The position numbers and the translations under genes are program-made. A stretch of DNA of 63,397 nt, the filler included, from Choristocarpus tenellus KU-1152 (Eukaryota > Protista > Phaeophyceae), in NCBI GenBank assembly GCA_964200185.2. It is 11 parts of 11 records of this genome, joined end to end, with 100 filler letters (N's around TTAATTAATTAA, not from the genome) between each part and the next. Parts side by side here need not be neighbours in the genome. Positions count along the whole stretch, not along the records: positions 1 to 12,273 come from CAXNAD020001897.1; positions 12,374 to 15,663 come from CAXNAD020020999.1; 9 more parts are not named here. One strand, 5' to 3'. Each line of letters starts with the position of its first letter. Position 1 is the first letter of the stretch. The notes below the pieces were generated by a model. That model was not told the origin of the DNA. It searched no databases and was given only the letters and a program-made list of their open reading frames with translations. This document shows positions 1 through 12,449 of the stretch, in pieces.

Positions 1-3000
1 AGTAAGCTCCTGGTCCCTTCCCCCCCCCTCCCCCCCACTGCCAAAGCTGCAAATTGTGCGTCAAGGATCGCAGCCGCCCACCCCAAGACCACAGAGGTCG
101 GTGGCCTCGGAAGGGGGCCATTGGCACCCGACGATGCCGCAGAACCCCTGGCTCGTTGATCAGATTGTGGACCCCTCTGTCCTGTCTCTGAAGTTCCACC
201 ATTCACAAGCATGTCCTTTAGCACCTGTGATCACCACAGTAACAAGGGAGGAAGGGAGGGAGGGGCAACAGTATGAGTTGTAGGAATACAGGTGGGAGTG
301 AATGGTTTTCCAGTGCCTTAAACCACTCTTGCCAAAAAAAAAAGTGCGTGTATTTACGCATATACAAATATATATATATTTGGGCTGTGGATGTAGGATT
401 CAACCTATTGAGAGTGCCGTGATCCCGTGATCGTTGAAATAATTGAGTGCCTGTTTGGGGTCTCTTGGGAAAACTGAAAAAAAAACTGGAAAAACATCTT
501 TCTATGTAAGGAGCAAGCAGTATACTTCGGAACAGTATCGAAAACACCCCCTTCATCCCACTGCACTCCTCAGCGAAGAGAGTGTGGCTGCTCTCTTCCA
601 CCAATCCGCCAAATCGCACAGAATAGTTAAGCAAAGTACTCCAAAGCACTATGCTCTTAACAAAGAAGAAAAAAATAGGACGCGAGGGAATTTGGGCCAA
701 AAGAGATGTTCTCGTTCCACATCCCTTTGGGTTTTGATTCTTTCTTTCAAAATATAAAAAAAAGAATCACATCTCTTGTCCGCATGCATGCCCGCTAAAA
801 AAACAAAAACATCCATTCAGACACGACCGACCCCAAGTCCTTGAGAGATGTGAAGTGACAAGACAAGACAAGAACTGACAAGCGTCTCCAGTAGCTCTCA
901 TGTAAATTTCATGCTTATTCTGTTCAGGATCAGTTCGAACAGTATCCGTGGATGAGGAAAAAAAAAAACAGCATTAGGAAGGCATTTCTTCATGGCTTCA
1001 CACCGGTGCCATAGCACAGGTAGACCAAGCTGCAGATTTCAACCATTTTGGTAAACATAATTAAGAGTGGTCGAATTTGCTGAAATTTTACGGTAACCTC
1101 AGAATGGGTTTTGAAAGAGCCTTCTCTCACCCCCCACACCCCCTCGCCCCCCCCACACACCCACCCACACGACACAANNNNNNNNNNGGGTTTTGAAAGA
1201 GCCTTCTCTCCCCCCCCCCCCCCCACCCCCAAAAAGAACAAAATCTGATCCATGTTCAACGCTCTTATGCGTAGCCTGTCCTGCAAACTGATGCTGAATA
1301 CAGAGGAAGTACGACAGAAGTCTTGGAAGTAATATATACCGGAACAGTGACTACGCTCAAGAGCAAAAATATCGGGAAGTCTCTTGTTGCACGTCTGCCC
1401 ATTAGTATTATAAAACAACTCCCCTCCTTCCCCATTGCATCCAATACCACATTTCCTGGCACCAGCCCTAACCCTAAACCTGTCCTTAACCAATTGCCTT
1501 CTCTCAAATCTTAAACATCTTCATAGCAATAATTCTTCCCTGATATCCTCCCCAAGTTTCCTTCCAAACCACAACCCCAGCCCACCCCCTACTTTCCTCT
1601 CACCTTGAGAACCACCAAGGCCTCCCCTCTCCCCAGCTTGGCCAGTGCTGACCGTAGAAACGCCTCATTAGGCAGCACCAACAGTGTTGCTTGGACAGCC
1701 CGCTCAGCAGCTGCAGCAGCAGCTCGGGCCTTTGCCCTTGACCTATCCTTCACTGCTACTACCCCCTTCCTACCCCTCCCTTTGTTCCTCAGAGTGACAT
1801 CATCAGGGGCAACCTCCCCCATGCCCAATTGGAGCACCTGACAAGGTCGTCTCTTTCCACTCGATTGTTTGCTTCTTCCCTTGCCCTCCATAACGCCTTC
1901 CTTTCCCTTGCACGGGAGGCTCGAGTCAGACCCGTAACCCTCTCCCTCCCCAGCATGACCATTCATCATGCTGCTGCTGCCATTGAGATGGACGTGAGAG
2001 GGACCATTCTCAACGACCTCCCCTCCTCCTCCTTCACCACACTCACCACTCATTTCCTCAGATGACCTCTTTCCAGCCTTCCTCTTTTTTCCACCAGCCC
2101 CCAGACCCTTCTTGCCACCCTCACCTCCAGGCAATGTTGATACTCCTTTCTTTGACCCCCCTCCCTTTCCCACGGCAGGGCTTCCATCTTTCTCTTTACG
2201 GGAACTCTTAGTCTCCACAACACCTTTGGAAGGCGTCATATTGTCGGGGCACCTTGCGTGGCGTGCCCTCTTCAACAAGCGACCCTCGCTCCCTTCCCCT
2301 GCTGTTCCACTCCTCCCTTCCTCAATCCACCCACTCCCAGGACATGGTTCAGATGTGGTTGTATTGGCAGCTAATGCTGCTGCATGGAGAAGGAAATGCC
2401 TTAGAATTCGGACTGCATCTGCCTCAGGAAGGTCTTTGACATTTGCCAAAACCTTTGGGGTGGGGAAAGCAGAAAACAGGACGAGATCATGGGCCAGGAT
2501 TATTGTGTTGTATGACACAAGTATATATATATATATATATATTGGCGGAGTCGGCAGCACAGTACGACTGTACAAGAGATCAACAAAGGTATGATACAGG
2601 TAAATTAACTGCCATACCAACCTGGCGGCCTCTTAATATTTGGACAGTGGCAGTATCTCATTTGTCACTAGAAATCGGCCACTGGCAAAATGACAGAGAA
2701 GGAAAGGACAAGAAGTATTGTGTGTGGTCCATGTTTTCTTCTCTAGGTGGAATCAACATTTTGGCAGCACAGCAGGAGAGCAGAAAATTATGGCAGGGAA
2801 TATGCGCCTATCTTCAAGGATCTTTCAAGGAATCACAACCATCCTGATATGATTGGATGGGTGTGGTTGTGATGTAGAGCAAGCTTGGTGAAGATGGGTA
2901 ACTGTGACTCAAAGACAGGGGGGTGAAATCAAGATAGGGACACTCTCTTCACCAACTCTGTCATTCAAGGACCAACAGCGACAACCCTAAACCTTTCATA

Positions 3001-5669
3001 TACTTCTTGTGCCCCTTTAGCCTAAGTAATGACACAACATGCAGCAGGCAAAATGAAAGTCACCACTCCTGCACCCTCATAATCCTCAACCTGTGATGAA
3101 ACAGTTTCTCACCTCCTCCAGCAGGCTACTCGGTGCATGCTTCAGCAGAACACCCACCATCCCCTGATGATGCCGTGCTGAGACCCCCCCTGACCGCACC
3201 AGTTTCTCCAGGCTACTCCACAGCTCAGCCTCTGGGTAAAGCATACAAAGCTCCACAACCTTACTGACTACCACAGAGGAGTAGCCCACTCTCCCATGGA
3301 CCCCCTTCCCTCCCCGCCCCCGTTTCCTCCTTACCCCGTTGGTGCGCCCAACCACCATCTCAGTCCCTGCACCTGCCTCTGGGTCCCCTGAACTCCCCTG
3401 CCCCCCATCCAGACCCATTCCATGTAGCCGGTGCTCTTCTAAAGCTTGATCAAAAGCTTTCCAATCCCCAACTGCTGCTGCTGCACTCAGGGACTCCACA
3501 ATCTTCGCCTCTACATTCTGGAACTTCCTCACAACAGGATCCCACTCCCCAGACCCCAAGGGCTGTGGATGTTGCAAGAGGCTTTTGGCATCAGCATTGT
3601 GGTTGAAGTCAATAGTCGGGAATACTGATGGCATTCCCCGCCAGTCAGTAGCCTCCATGTTACTCCTACAAGCACTCTCCTTCACTCCAACAGCCCCTAC
3701 CCCCCTGCGCTGGCCATGGCGGAGGATGGATGCTAGTGTGCCTGCACCAGCACGTGCTGGAAGGGGGCACACGATCACCCCCTTAGTCTCAGCCAGAGCA
3801 AGGTACTCTCCATCACCTGACACTTCCATACATTCCCAGAGAGTTCTCCCTTCAACACCATTATTTCTCAGATTCCAGTCTCCCAAGGGAGCTTCATTGG
3901 CTTCTAGGAGCACCCCGTACTTGGTGTCCCACATAGACAAAAGTGCAGGAACCCGGTTGCCATTGCTGTTGTTACTATTGCTTCCACTGTAGACAATCAA
4001 CTGGGAGCGGACACCAGTGGCAAGCAACAAAGGAGTAGAGTCACAAGTGTTAAATGAGGAGACAAGCTGACCTTCAGGTTTGCTGTCACCTCCTTGCTTC
4101 TCTTTAATACAACGCAACTTAGCATTCTTACTGAGTTTTGCCTTCTTTGTGCTTAGAGTTCCACCTGCAGCATCTGCTGATGCCACTGGTGGTGGTGGTG
4201 GCAGTGAGAGTGGGGCAAGCGATGGGCCTATCTGTCTCGCAAACTCCAACCGCGGGCCAGCTGTGTTACATAGATTAATCTTGGTCCACACGGACCCAAT
4301 GCAGGTGCGCCATGCAACCGAAATCGTCAGATCCACAGGAGTCTTTTGTGTTGCATCTTCCTCCATCCCATGCAATTCTGCAGAGCACACACGTGCCAGA
4401 GAGTCAGCATCACCTCCACGACCCTGAGTCCCAACCCCCGACCCCAAGTTGTCTCTGGTGATATGTGAAGGTGGCTTTTCTAAGGGATACGAGGCTGATA
4501 ATAGGACTGCAGGAGCCCCCTCACTCCTCTTGGTTGAGTTTGAAGAGCTAGGGGCAGGACAGACGGAGAAGAGTGACATACGCTCACCACCACCTCCCTC
4601 CTTTTCTTCCAGGAGCGCGACAGTTTTTCCTTGCACACCTGACCACACCACCTTGAATGCGGTTCCCTCCGCCCCATTCGAAGCTGCTGTTGTTGCTCGA
4701 CCTGATTCACTGAGGGTGCCAGTGAAGAGTGAAACAATTCCTGTTTCAGCGACAACTACAAGAGCATCCCCTAGCAGCGCGCAGGGGTGGATGGCCTGGA
4801 CAACTCCAGGAGCCTATGGAGGCGAATGGGTAGCAACGAGGGCGGGGGAGCAATTGAGATATAAAGGATAAATCAGTCTTGGACACGCAATTATGCCTGA
4901 AAGCGTGTTCCCATATAGCCTCTATTCCCTGACACCCTAGCCCCCTGGTAATCTACGCGGCAACATACAAGTCTCAAATCCACAGGTCCGTGTAATCAAC
5001 CCTAATACTTTACGAATGTCGTGGTCACCCATCATCGAGATAATCTACTTTCGCGCTTTTACGACCCTGAATATTGCCCTAGGGGCTGGCAATGACCACG
5101 AAATCCACGAAACGCTCAGTCTCAGCGAAGTCCGATCGAGTCCACACCTTCGCGGAGATGAGCTGCTTGACATCTCGATCTACTTCCCGCCATGATATGA
5201 GAGAAGTTTTCCGCTGTACTGCCACATACCGGGAACTGAAGGGATGGAACATCGCAGCGTGGGAGAGCGCTGTAGACGGAGATGGCTTGAAAGCCCACTG
5301 GTGTGTTCGCCTTGATTCTCCAGCCTGTTTCGGAGGCACAGGTGGAAATGAGCTGGAGATCAGAGAGAAGCCTTGCCAAAATGTTTCTCGAAGATGGCTT
5401 AAGCCCTAATCCTCTTCTGGAACGACTTGGCAGGAACTCACTCGGCGACAGTCCCTTGCTTTGGGGCAGTAAAAATGACATGCCCTAATCCCATCGTAGA
5501 GATCAACACCTGTCATAACCCAGCTCACCTTATACACTACTACCTGGTGAACGCACGTCACTACTAAGGAAGGATTCCCCTTTGAGTGCAATCCGACACA
5601 TTTCCAGGATATTCCTATCACCGCGTCTCCCTTGGAATGACTCTCCTGGACCACAGTGCCATCCAGCAT
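1..5669 (-). CDS. NOL11: NOL11/Utp8-like nucleolar SSU-processome (t-UTP) protein, 5 exons visible, 3' end runs off the window
   Basis: Hand-spliced exons 5669-5529, 5324-5148, 4813-3113, 2452-1604 and 224-<1, all GT-AG and all phase 0, give one open frame. The N-terminus (LVVTCVHQVVVYK-AGESRRTHQWAFK...SRYVAVQRKTSLISW) resembles the NOL11 N-terminal propeller as I recall it. The C-terminal motifs VKDLPEADAVRIL, PNEAFLRSALAKL and VLGWAAAILDAQF resemble the NOL11/Utp8 C-terminal domain. Family assigned from memory, no search run. Confidence 0.72.
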
Positions 5670-6300
5670 CGTAAGGCCTCCCTTCGACGAAGGGACGAAA
5701 GGCCTAGTCCTTTTTCACTTGTTCTCGACCCTTGCGTAGTTCAGAGATGGACAACTAATAGACTACAACACAAAAGCTTACACCCTGTGTACCATGCCCG
5801 AGAGAAGAGTAGTTTCAGAACTCGTCTCTCCCGAGCCACTGCTGTGGACACAGGTCCATAACTGGATTTGATTATGTAAGATCATAAACGCCTCCCAAGA
5901 ACAAAAAACTTTTGATTTGATGATTTCTACTAAGAGAGACTAAGTGTTTAACAGGACATCCTCAAATGCTCGCCGCATCGAGCAGGGTGAGACTTGTTCG
6001 AAGGCACCACAAAGGCTGCATATTAGTTGTTTTCTTTCAGAAGCTCAGACGGGGGCGACTTGTCGCCCCCATCTCACCAGTCTTTCACCCCCGTGTTCCT
6101 TGAAACTGGTGGAGAAAAGGGTCAGAGGACCCGAACAGATACGACTACCGAGGGGGTTCGTAGACTGTTTCCTGTTGTTACACCTGCCCTAGAAAAGAGA
6201 AATAGGCGAAATCTTGATAAGGTAAAGGGGGGGACATTGCATAGCACTCAAAGCCGCAGACAAGGGTGGGAGATAACGAACACAAAAAAGTCAGCACAAG
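5670..6300. promoter_or_regulatory. Probable bidirectional promoter / 5'UTR interval between divergent genes
   Basis: The ATG of the NOL11-like gene (5669, -) and the first ATG of the PH-gelsolin gene (6301, +) are separated by only 631 nt. No specific motif identified. Confidence 0.45.
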
Positions 6301-9300
6301 ATGCCTCGTGTAACGATGAACAACGACAGCGATGATGACTGTTCACTGTCCTGGCCTGGCTCAGACCAGGAAGAGGATGGCATCCATAAGCCCCTGCCAG
6401 TGCGGCGAACGTTCTCACACTTCACCCAGGTGAGCTCGTGGGTCAATTCGGTCGATCTAGGCTTGCATTCCGTTACAGTGCTTCAACTGAACTTTCGCGA
6501 AATGAGATGAGAAAAGATCACCCACACTTGTTTTGCACAGGGAAGAAAGCAGTCTTGACAGAAGGTTTCCTAGCGCTCTGTCTTACCGCTCTTTCCTCTA
6601 GTATCTTTGGCATTATTGCTCCTAAATACTTTCGAGCCTTTCTTGTGACCAGTCGTCTCGCTCCCTGATGAAGGTGCGCCATAATGGCTACCTCACCAAG
6701 AGGTTCAAGCGTCCTGGTGAAAAATTTTCGTGGAGCAGGCAATTCTGCACTTTGCATGGTAATATTCTGCGTTGCTACACCGGAAAACTGCAGCATGAAG
6801 ACAATGAGGACCCTGTGGTGAGTCCTCCCACTCGATCCCCTGCGCCTTTTCGTTGTGTCACATGACATGGGTCCAAAACGTTAAATCGAGTTGAAGGCAA
6901 AAACATCAGGTTCCAAGCCATGCCAGTGTTAGTGCACAAGAATTCCGCAATAATGATGACGTTTTGAAATTAACGCTTCTGAACCTTGAGTGCGATTACT
7001 CCCATTCAAGCCTTCAGCTCTACATTATGATCTCTCTTCTGATAAGACGGTCACTTAGTTCAAACACGTAGTATTAAGAAAGTGGGTTGCATTATAGCTA
7101 GGAATCCGAGTGGAATAGTGAAAACTACGTCGCAGGAACTCAGTGTGTACATCCTTTCACATTGTTCTTTCCAAGTTCTTCACCTCCCTTCTCCTGCCCC
7201 CCTGTCATGGCATCCTTCTATCAAACCTGGTCATATTTGGCAGTTCCACATAATAGTTTTTCCAGGTAGGCATGCACAAAGGTGTAGGCCTAGAGCTGCA
7301 AGTTTCAGTTGATAGGTGCCAAGCGCTGCACATTGTTTCAATTTCATTTCGGAGGGGTCACGAGGGCATGAGACAAACATCGCTGCAATTAGTAGTTGTT
7401 TATGGTGGTGGTATTGTGCTCAACTCTTCATGACCCACCACCACCTCCATCCTAGCCTTGCAAAGTGCACCCTCGTTCCTTGTAGAGGAAAGTGTAACCC
7501 TCTCCACATCGTAATCGTTTTTATTCTTTCCTTTGCATCTACCCCTTGCCCCCGTGCTGACATCTTACACGGCCACCCAACGACCCACCTACCCACCCAG
7601 GAGGTCAATGTGGTGAGGGGCATGCGTGCATGGAATGAGGAGTTCGGAAGGCCCTATGACCGAGGCTTGCTTGTGGATTGTGATGGAGGTGACACCATAA
7701 TTGCAAGAACTGACACGGCTGCTGAACAGGAGGAGTGGTGTGAGGCCCTCTATACAGTAACCGAGCTCCTTTCAGGAGGTTCAAGAGCATCCAGGGGTGG
7801 AGGGTGGGGTGGGGGGGATAGGGGCATCTTGGGTGGGGAAGGTGGTGGTGGTGCCAGTGGTGATGAGGACTCTGACGATGGAGATGTCACAGACTACTCC
7901 AGGAATGACAGGTTGGAGGAATCGTACCTTGCACAGAAGAATCGCCTACTGACTGAAAGTGAGACCAGTGGGCCATGCACAGTTGTCTTTCTGGTAAGTC
8001 TGGTGTGTGTGTAGGGAGGGGGGGGGTAAGGTGTGAAAAGGAGATCTTCATAACTCTACCCTGAAGATGACTGTAGGATGGGTTGTGACAAGAAATGCCA
8101 AGGGAAGTGCTTCTTTGAGAGGTCTGTCTTGTAGAGGGTGGTTCATGGGTGTTAAGTGACTGTTGGGCAGACCTCTGGCCTGTACTACAAGAGAGTGTCC
8201 CAGAAGAGGTGCATGTTAGGTTTCCACGGCTTGTGGAAAGGCGGTCACAAATCTAGACAGGCTGACCCTCCCTAGTCAATATGGTGTCTTCTTTAGCCCT
8301 CTTTAGTTGACCAAGTCCTCTTTGGTTGGAGGTTGTCTTGCCCCACCTATGCATCTGCTGTCCCTCTCTCTCTGTGTCCTTCGTTACCCTGCCCCTAGCC
8401 CCTACTCAACTCGTATTTACTGCCAAAAAGCATCCATGCTGCGTCTATTGTCCAGTGCAACCTTTTTTTTTCCTTTCGCTTAAAAAAAAAATTCCCCCAC
8501 ACAGATTCCCCCCACAATATTTTTTATTTTCTTTTAAAATAATTCTTTATAAAAAATATTTTAATTTTATTTTTTTTTTTTTTTATAATTGTGTGCACCA
8601 CCGATTAAAATGATACCATAAAAAAAAAGATTAAATTCTATTTTTTTTTTTATCAGTACTTATTTTGTTTGAAATTTTCAACAATAACAACAACAACAAC
8701 AAAAACAACATCCTAATACAGGTTTCCAAGACTGACCTAGAAAGGGTGGAGGAGGAAAACTATGGCCGATTCAATAATGGTGATGTCTACCTTGTTATGT
8801 ATGCAGCGTATCCGGAGGGGGCAAGGGGAAGGGAGAGCCTCAAGGAAGGTAATGGTTTCGGCTGGAGCAGCGAGCAGTACTTGGATGATGACAGTTGGGT
8901 GATGAGAGCTGGCGAGGGGGAAGGAGCAGGCCTTGTACGGACACTATACTACTGGGTTGGGTCCAAGGCTCCAATCGACAAGGGGATGGTGGCATCCATA
9001 AAGGCTGTGGAGCTGCGAAGGGCTCTTTCAGGGGTGTGTACAATTGTGAGGGAAGATGAGGGGCAAGAGAGTCCTGAATTCTTGTTGCATTTCGATGGGG
9101 ATTTGGAGGTAGTCGATGAGGAATCTGCCCCACGGCCTCTGAGCAAGGTGAGGGGGGGGGGGGGGGGGGGGGGGGGTTGTTTTTTGTAGCAATGCAGGAG
9201 AAAAGGGATCCCGTTTTTGTTGGGGGCGGGGGGGCGACCGGGGGGGGGTTTTCCATCATTTTTTTTTGCAATTGTTGGAGATGGGTCTTGGACTGGTGCA

Positions 9301-10773
9301 GAGATTTCTTTGTGTACTGTAAAGGAAGGACATAATGTAACCAGATTTCCAGATGTGCTTTGCACAGGGTGAATTAGGAAGGTGGTAATGTTGGATTGTG
9401 GTAAAATTCTTCCAGGTGATGCCCATCTGAATAGGTGTGTTTTTTTTTAAATGAAACCTCGGACCTGTCTTTTTGTGAAGAGTAGAACTCGAAATAATTA
9501 CTTTGATGGTGTGTATTGAATCTTATTATTTTTTGTAATCTTCAAGAATGAGGCATTTGTGCTACAGGACATTGGTTGACGCATGTGTGCAAGAATCTTT
9601 GATGCAAAGGAAAAATCTTGGGTGTATGTACACCTCCTGCTTCAGAAACGCCTCCTGGTAAAACGGTTTGCGTTGTTGTTGTAGTAAGTATGAGGTAGAA
9701 AAATGTTTGAACTAGCTTTTCCTGCTGATGTGTGATGCAGCCTAGAGTACTTCGTGCCATTGTTGTCAGGTTTTAAGAAGAGAGTGCATGACTGTGAAAA
9801 ATAGACCTTGTCCTGAAGTGAAAAGAGGCAGATAAGGCAACGTAAGGGCAGAGAAAGAGTGGGGTAGTTGAACTATGGACTCCTATAGGGTGATACATCA
9901 TCAAAATTGTGCTGCTGTTGTATCATGGTTTACCCTATCCCAGCTTTTGCCCTCACAATAGTGTACAAATCTTAAATTTGTGTTGTTTCCTCCCTTGCCC
10001 TCCCCTCTCCCCCCTTCTCCCCCCCCCCTGCACATCTGTAATCCCCTTCCACTTGAATATGTACATTTGTGCCTCCAGCTGATTTCCCCCTGATCCATCC
10101 CTCTCGACCTTACTGAGCACTCGACCCTCACACCTAGCAATTACTCATCCCCTTCAAGTTTCTTCAAGCTTGTGTCTTGATATTCCTTTTATCATTTCCA
10201 TCTCCTCCCAAAATCAGGTGACCATGTGGAATGAGCTCCCACCAATCATGTACACTGTCCGAGAGAGGCGTTTGCCCCTGTCAAGTCGCTCTCTTCGATT
10301 AGGAAACCCTAACGTCAAAGACGATCTTGATGGCGGCCCTGGAGTCAAGAGCGTGCAGCCACAGTGCGAAGATGGAGACCACGGAGGGGCTGTGACAGGG
10401 GCTAGGAATGAAGACAGTGACGGGCATACTGGTACCCAGCTGGGCAGTGAGAGTGGGATCAATGGTGGAAATGAGGATGCTGAAGAGCCCCTTGCTGGTG
10501 GTGGGGGTGGTGTTAGGGCACGTGGGGGGGGAGGGGCTGGGGGGGCGGCTGCTGGCAGGGCTGCTTTCCCCCCACGGCGCTGGCTGCACTCAGCGTTTAC
10601 GGTAGGGCGGGTGGACCTGGATGAAGATCAGTTGGGCAGTGATAGAGTTTTGTTGGTGGATGATCGGAATGGGCATGTTTTTTTGTGGTTTGGGCAATGT
10701 GCAACATTCAAGCAACGTGGGTTTGGCCTGGAGGCTGCTGCTTGTCTCAAGGCTGATAATCCTAAGGGAGGAC

Positions 10774-10814
<41 letters not shown>

Positions 10815-12183
10815 AAGTGCTGATGTGAAGAGTATCATTACGAAGCATTTCTCTGTTCATATTTGGGGGGGGGGGGAGAGAGCAGTTGGTATTCAGCGTT
10901 TTTCATCGAATGGCATGAGGTTATGTCTCATATATTTGATTCTTGGTGATGTCTGTCAGGCACAGTGTGGTCGTTGCATTTGTCTTTGATTGGGTCCAAT
11001 GTACAAGAATCCTTCCCCAGGTAGCTAGGATTACTCCAAGTGGGCATATGATAGCACTTTTGAAGTGTATTTAGTTGTCACCTCTTCTACCTCAACTACT
11101 TTGGGACGCCCATGGAGGGCATCCCTACTCTCACACAGGACTTTGCATCAACAGATGTTATTCTTGTTCCCCCCAAAAAATGTTGCCTGATTTTTTTTGC
11201 TTCCAGGAATATCTGAGGGTAACGTGAGTGTGTATCCCTTTTTTGTTGCCTCTGTTCTGGCTTGGCCTTCTATATGCCCATTAAGGCTGATGTACGTCAA
11301 AGAAGATTTTGGGACTGTTGTGGAGGATGCTGTTGAAGCACATTTGAGGGTGACTTGTTTGCAACTGGAATGATGCTTAAGCTTGCCACTACTAATAATA
11401 AACTGTACTATATCAAATCTCTCTGTGGCATGGAGAGTATGCAGTGTATGTGTATAGTAGTAGCTCCTTTGGAAGTATGTTTTCCCACAATGCTTTTCAA
11501 CTCAAGGATGAAGACCCCCGTCTCCTTGTAGCAAAGAGAAGATTGATTTCTCTACATCCCATCTATTCTATCAGAGGGAGAGAGTATCCTTTGGTCCTCT
11601 AACAGCACCCCCAACAGCATATACTATTGCAACGATGTTTTTATTGTGGAAGCGATGAATGGATACTCCAAATCCCGTTTACATCAACCAAAAAAATATC
11701 AACCGAAGTGGATTAGTACCGTACCCTACATTAGTACTGCACCTTTTTCTGTCCTTCTGCGTGGTGGTGGTGCTAACACCCTCACAATAGCCTCCCGAGC
11801 AATCTGCATGAGGCGAACCACCTTCTCAACCCCTGCAACTTAAGTCAACCCCTGCCTGCCCCCTCCTCAACCCGCCGGTTTAACCCACCCGCCCATTCCA
11901 CATACCCTGTGCCATGTTTGGTCCCCCTCCCTAACAACAAATACCTTATCTCTCAGGTGTTGCAGGTAGATGAGGATGACGAGCCCCCTGACCTCCGGCG
12001 CATTCTTGATAGCGCTCGTAAGAAGCGACTCATGGCTCTTCGTGCCCGGGCAGCAGAGGAGGGTGTAGATGAAGAGGGGTCGGCGTTGCAGGGGGCAGTG
12101 CAGCGTCGTATGTCGCTAATGGGGGCTGGGGCCGGGGGAACTGGGCCTGCTGTCTCACTCTTCCGAGTGAGCCAGAATGTCAA

Positions 12184-12184
<1 letters not shown>
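6301..12184 (+). CDS. PH-domain + gelsolin/villin-repeat actin-regulatory protein, 6 exons visible, 3' truncated by contig end
   Basis: Exons 6301-6429, 6653-6817, 7601-7993, 8722-9147, 10218-10775 and 11957-~12184, GT-AG, phase 0. PH motifs: HNGYLTKR...WSRQFCTL and ARTDTAAEQEEWCEAL. Gelsolin repeat 1: YGRFNNGDVYLV...LYYWVGSKAPIDK...AVELR...VREDEGQESPEFL. Repeat 2: LGSDRVLLVD..GHVFLWFG...VDEDDEPPD. Confidence 0.8.
10776..10811 (+). repeat. (GT)n microsatellite starting exactly at a splice donor
   Basis: GGACAG|GTGTGTGT... Other SSRs: (TG)n 40826-40869, (TAT)n ~23250-23279, (AAT)n/(AGT)n ~30093-30140, (AT)n ~61512-61536, (CT)n/(CTCA)n ~62629-62680. Confidence 0.9.
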
Positions 12185-12223
<39 letters not shown>

Positions 12224-12273
12224 GGAAGGGGGGGGGGGGGGGGGCGACGGAGGGGGGGGGGAGGGGGGGGGGG

Positions 12274-12373
12274 NNNNNNNNNNNNNNNNNNNNNNNNNNN
12301 NNNNNNNNNNNNNNNNNTTAATTAATTAANNNNNNNNNNNNNNNNNNNNNNNNNNNNNNNNNNNNNNNNNNNN
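12274..12373. other. Artificial contig linker (N44-TTAATTAATTAA-N44), first of ten
   Basis: Identical 100-nt linkers, with stop codons in all six frames, at 12274, 15664, 18656, 21422, 37523, 40445, 47457, 51554, 56770 and 60728. Confidence 0.98.
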
Positions 12374-12449
12374 TTGTTGAGTCCTCCGCCCGGCCCGAAA
12401 CGGACCCCCCATCACAAACCATCCCCCCCCCCTAAGATACTTCGATACC

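Noticed and set aside
1107-1230. Direct repeat GGGTTTTGAAAGAGCCTTCTCTC around an N10 gap
   Set aside because: This looks like overlapping contig ends at a poly-C tract, an assembly artefact.
12185-12273. Poly-Gly coding tract at the end of the gelsolin exon
   Set aside because: It is a low-quality G-homopolymer at a contig end, more likely the G-rich start of the next intron or a sequencing artefact.
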